The notes beneath the pieces are model-generated. The model saw only the letters and a program-made list of their open reading frames with translations. It had not been told where the DNA came from and ran no database searches. This document shows positions 63,789-64,000 of a stretch of 64,000 nucleotides of DNA, in pieces. Source of the DNA: Octopus sinensis (taxonomy: Eukaryota); assembly GCF_006345805.1 (NCBI RefSeq), contig NC_043009.1:12648001-12712000 (forward strand), written 5' to 3'. A program made the position numbers and the translations under genes. Position 1 is the first letter of the stretch. Every line of letters begins with the position of its first letter.

Positions 63789-64000
63789 TATGCTGCAGTA
63801 CACCACATTAAACAAAATAAACTCAAATGATGAAATCTCTTCAGACTTGCTAGCAACAAACTTCCGGTAATAGTAACACCAGAAATCTACAAACCATTGC
63901 AGTGCGAGTTTTTCATAAGACATGGAACATTTAAACTTAAATAGCAAGTACAATTTAAAGAAACCTATTTCTTTACTACCCACAAGGGGCTAAACACAGA

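Noticed and set aside
63765-63983. 72-aa minus ORF
   Set aside because: Begins in a SINE C tail and ends in a SINE A head; no recognisable motif or convincing splice pair

Overview
AT-rich, repeat-saturated eukaryotic genomic DNA, most likely from an octopus/coleoid cephalopod. This is inferred from the tRNA-derived SINE families, the long TA/CA microsatellites and a metazoan-type PGK exon structure. Two host genes are supported. (1) Phosphoglycerate kinase (PGK) on + strand: 11 coding exons from 334 to the stop at 31980; the first coding exon lies upstream of the window. Splice phases and exon sizes match vertebrate PGK1 except for one extra intron. (2) An unrecognised, convergent 3-exon gene on - strand (TATA 58508-58501, exons ~58481-58395, 51394-51236, 46199-46006) predicting a 111-aa signal-peptide protein with dibasic sites. 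The rest is four SINE families, mariner/maT fossils, piggyBac-, hAT- and Merlin-type MITEs, Helitrons and RTE and R4/Dong-like LINE remnants. The window also holds at least six families of short elements carrying type I hammerhead ribozyme motifs (Penelope-like pLTR/retrozyme derivatives). One family has a G3:C8-swapped catalytic core, and several sit in fold-back structures anchored in (TA)n. Nearly all ORFs in the supplied track are microsatellite or repeat artefacts. All alignments and folds were done by eye; repeat boundaries are approximate.
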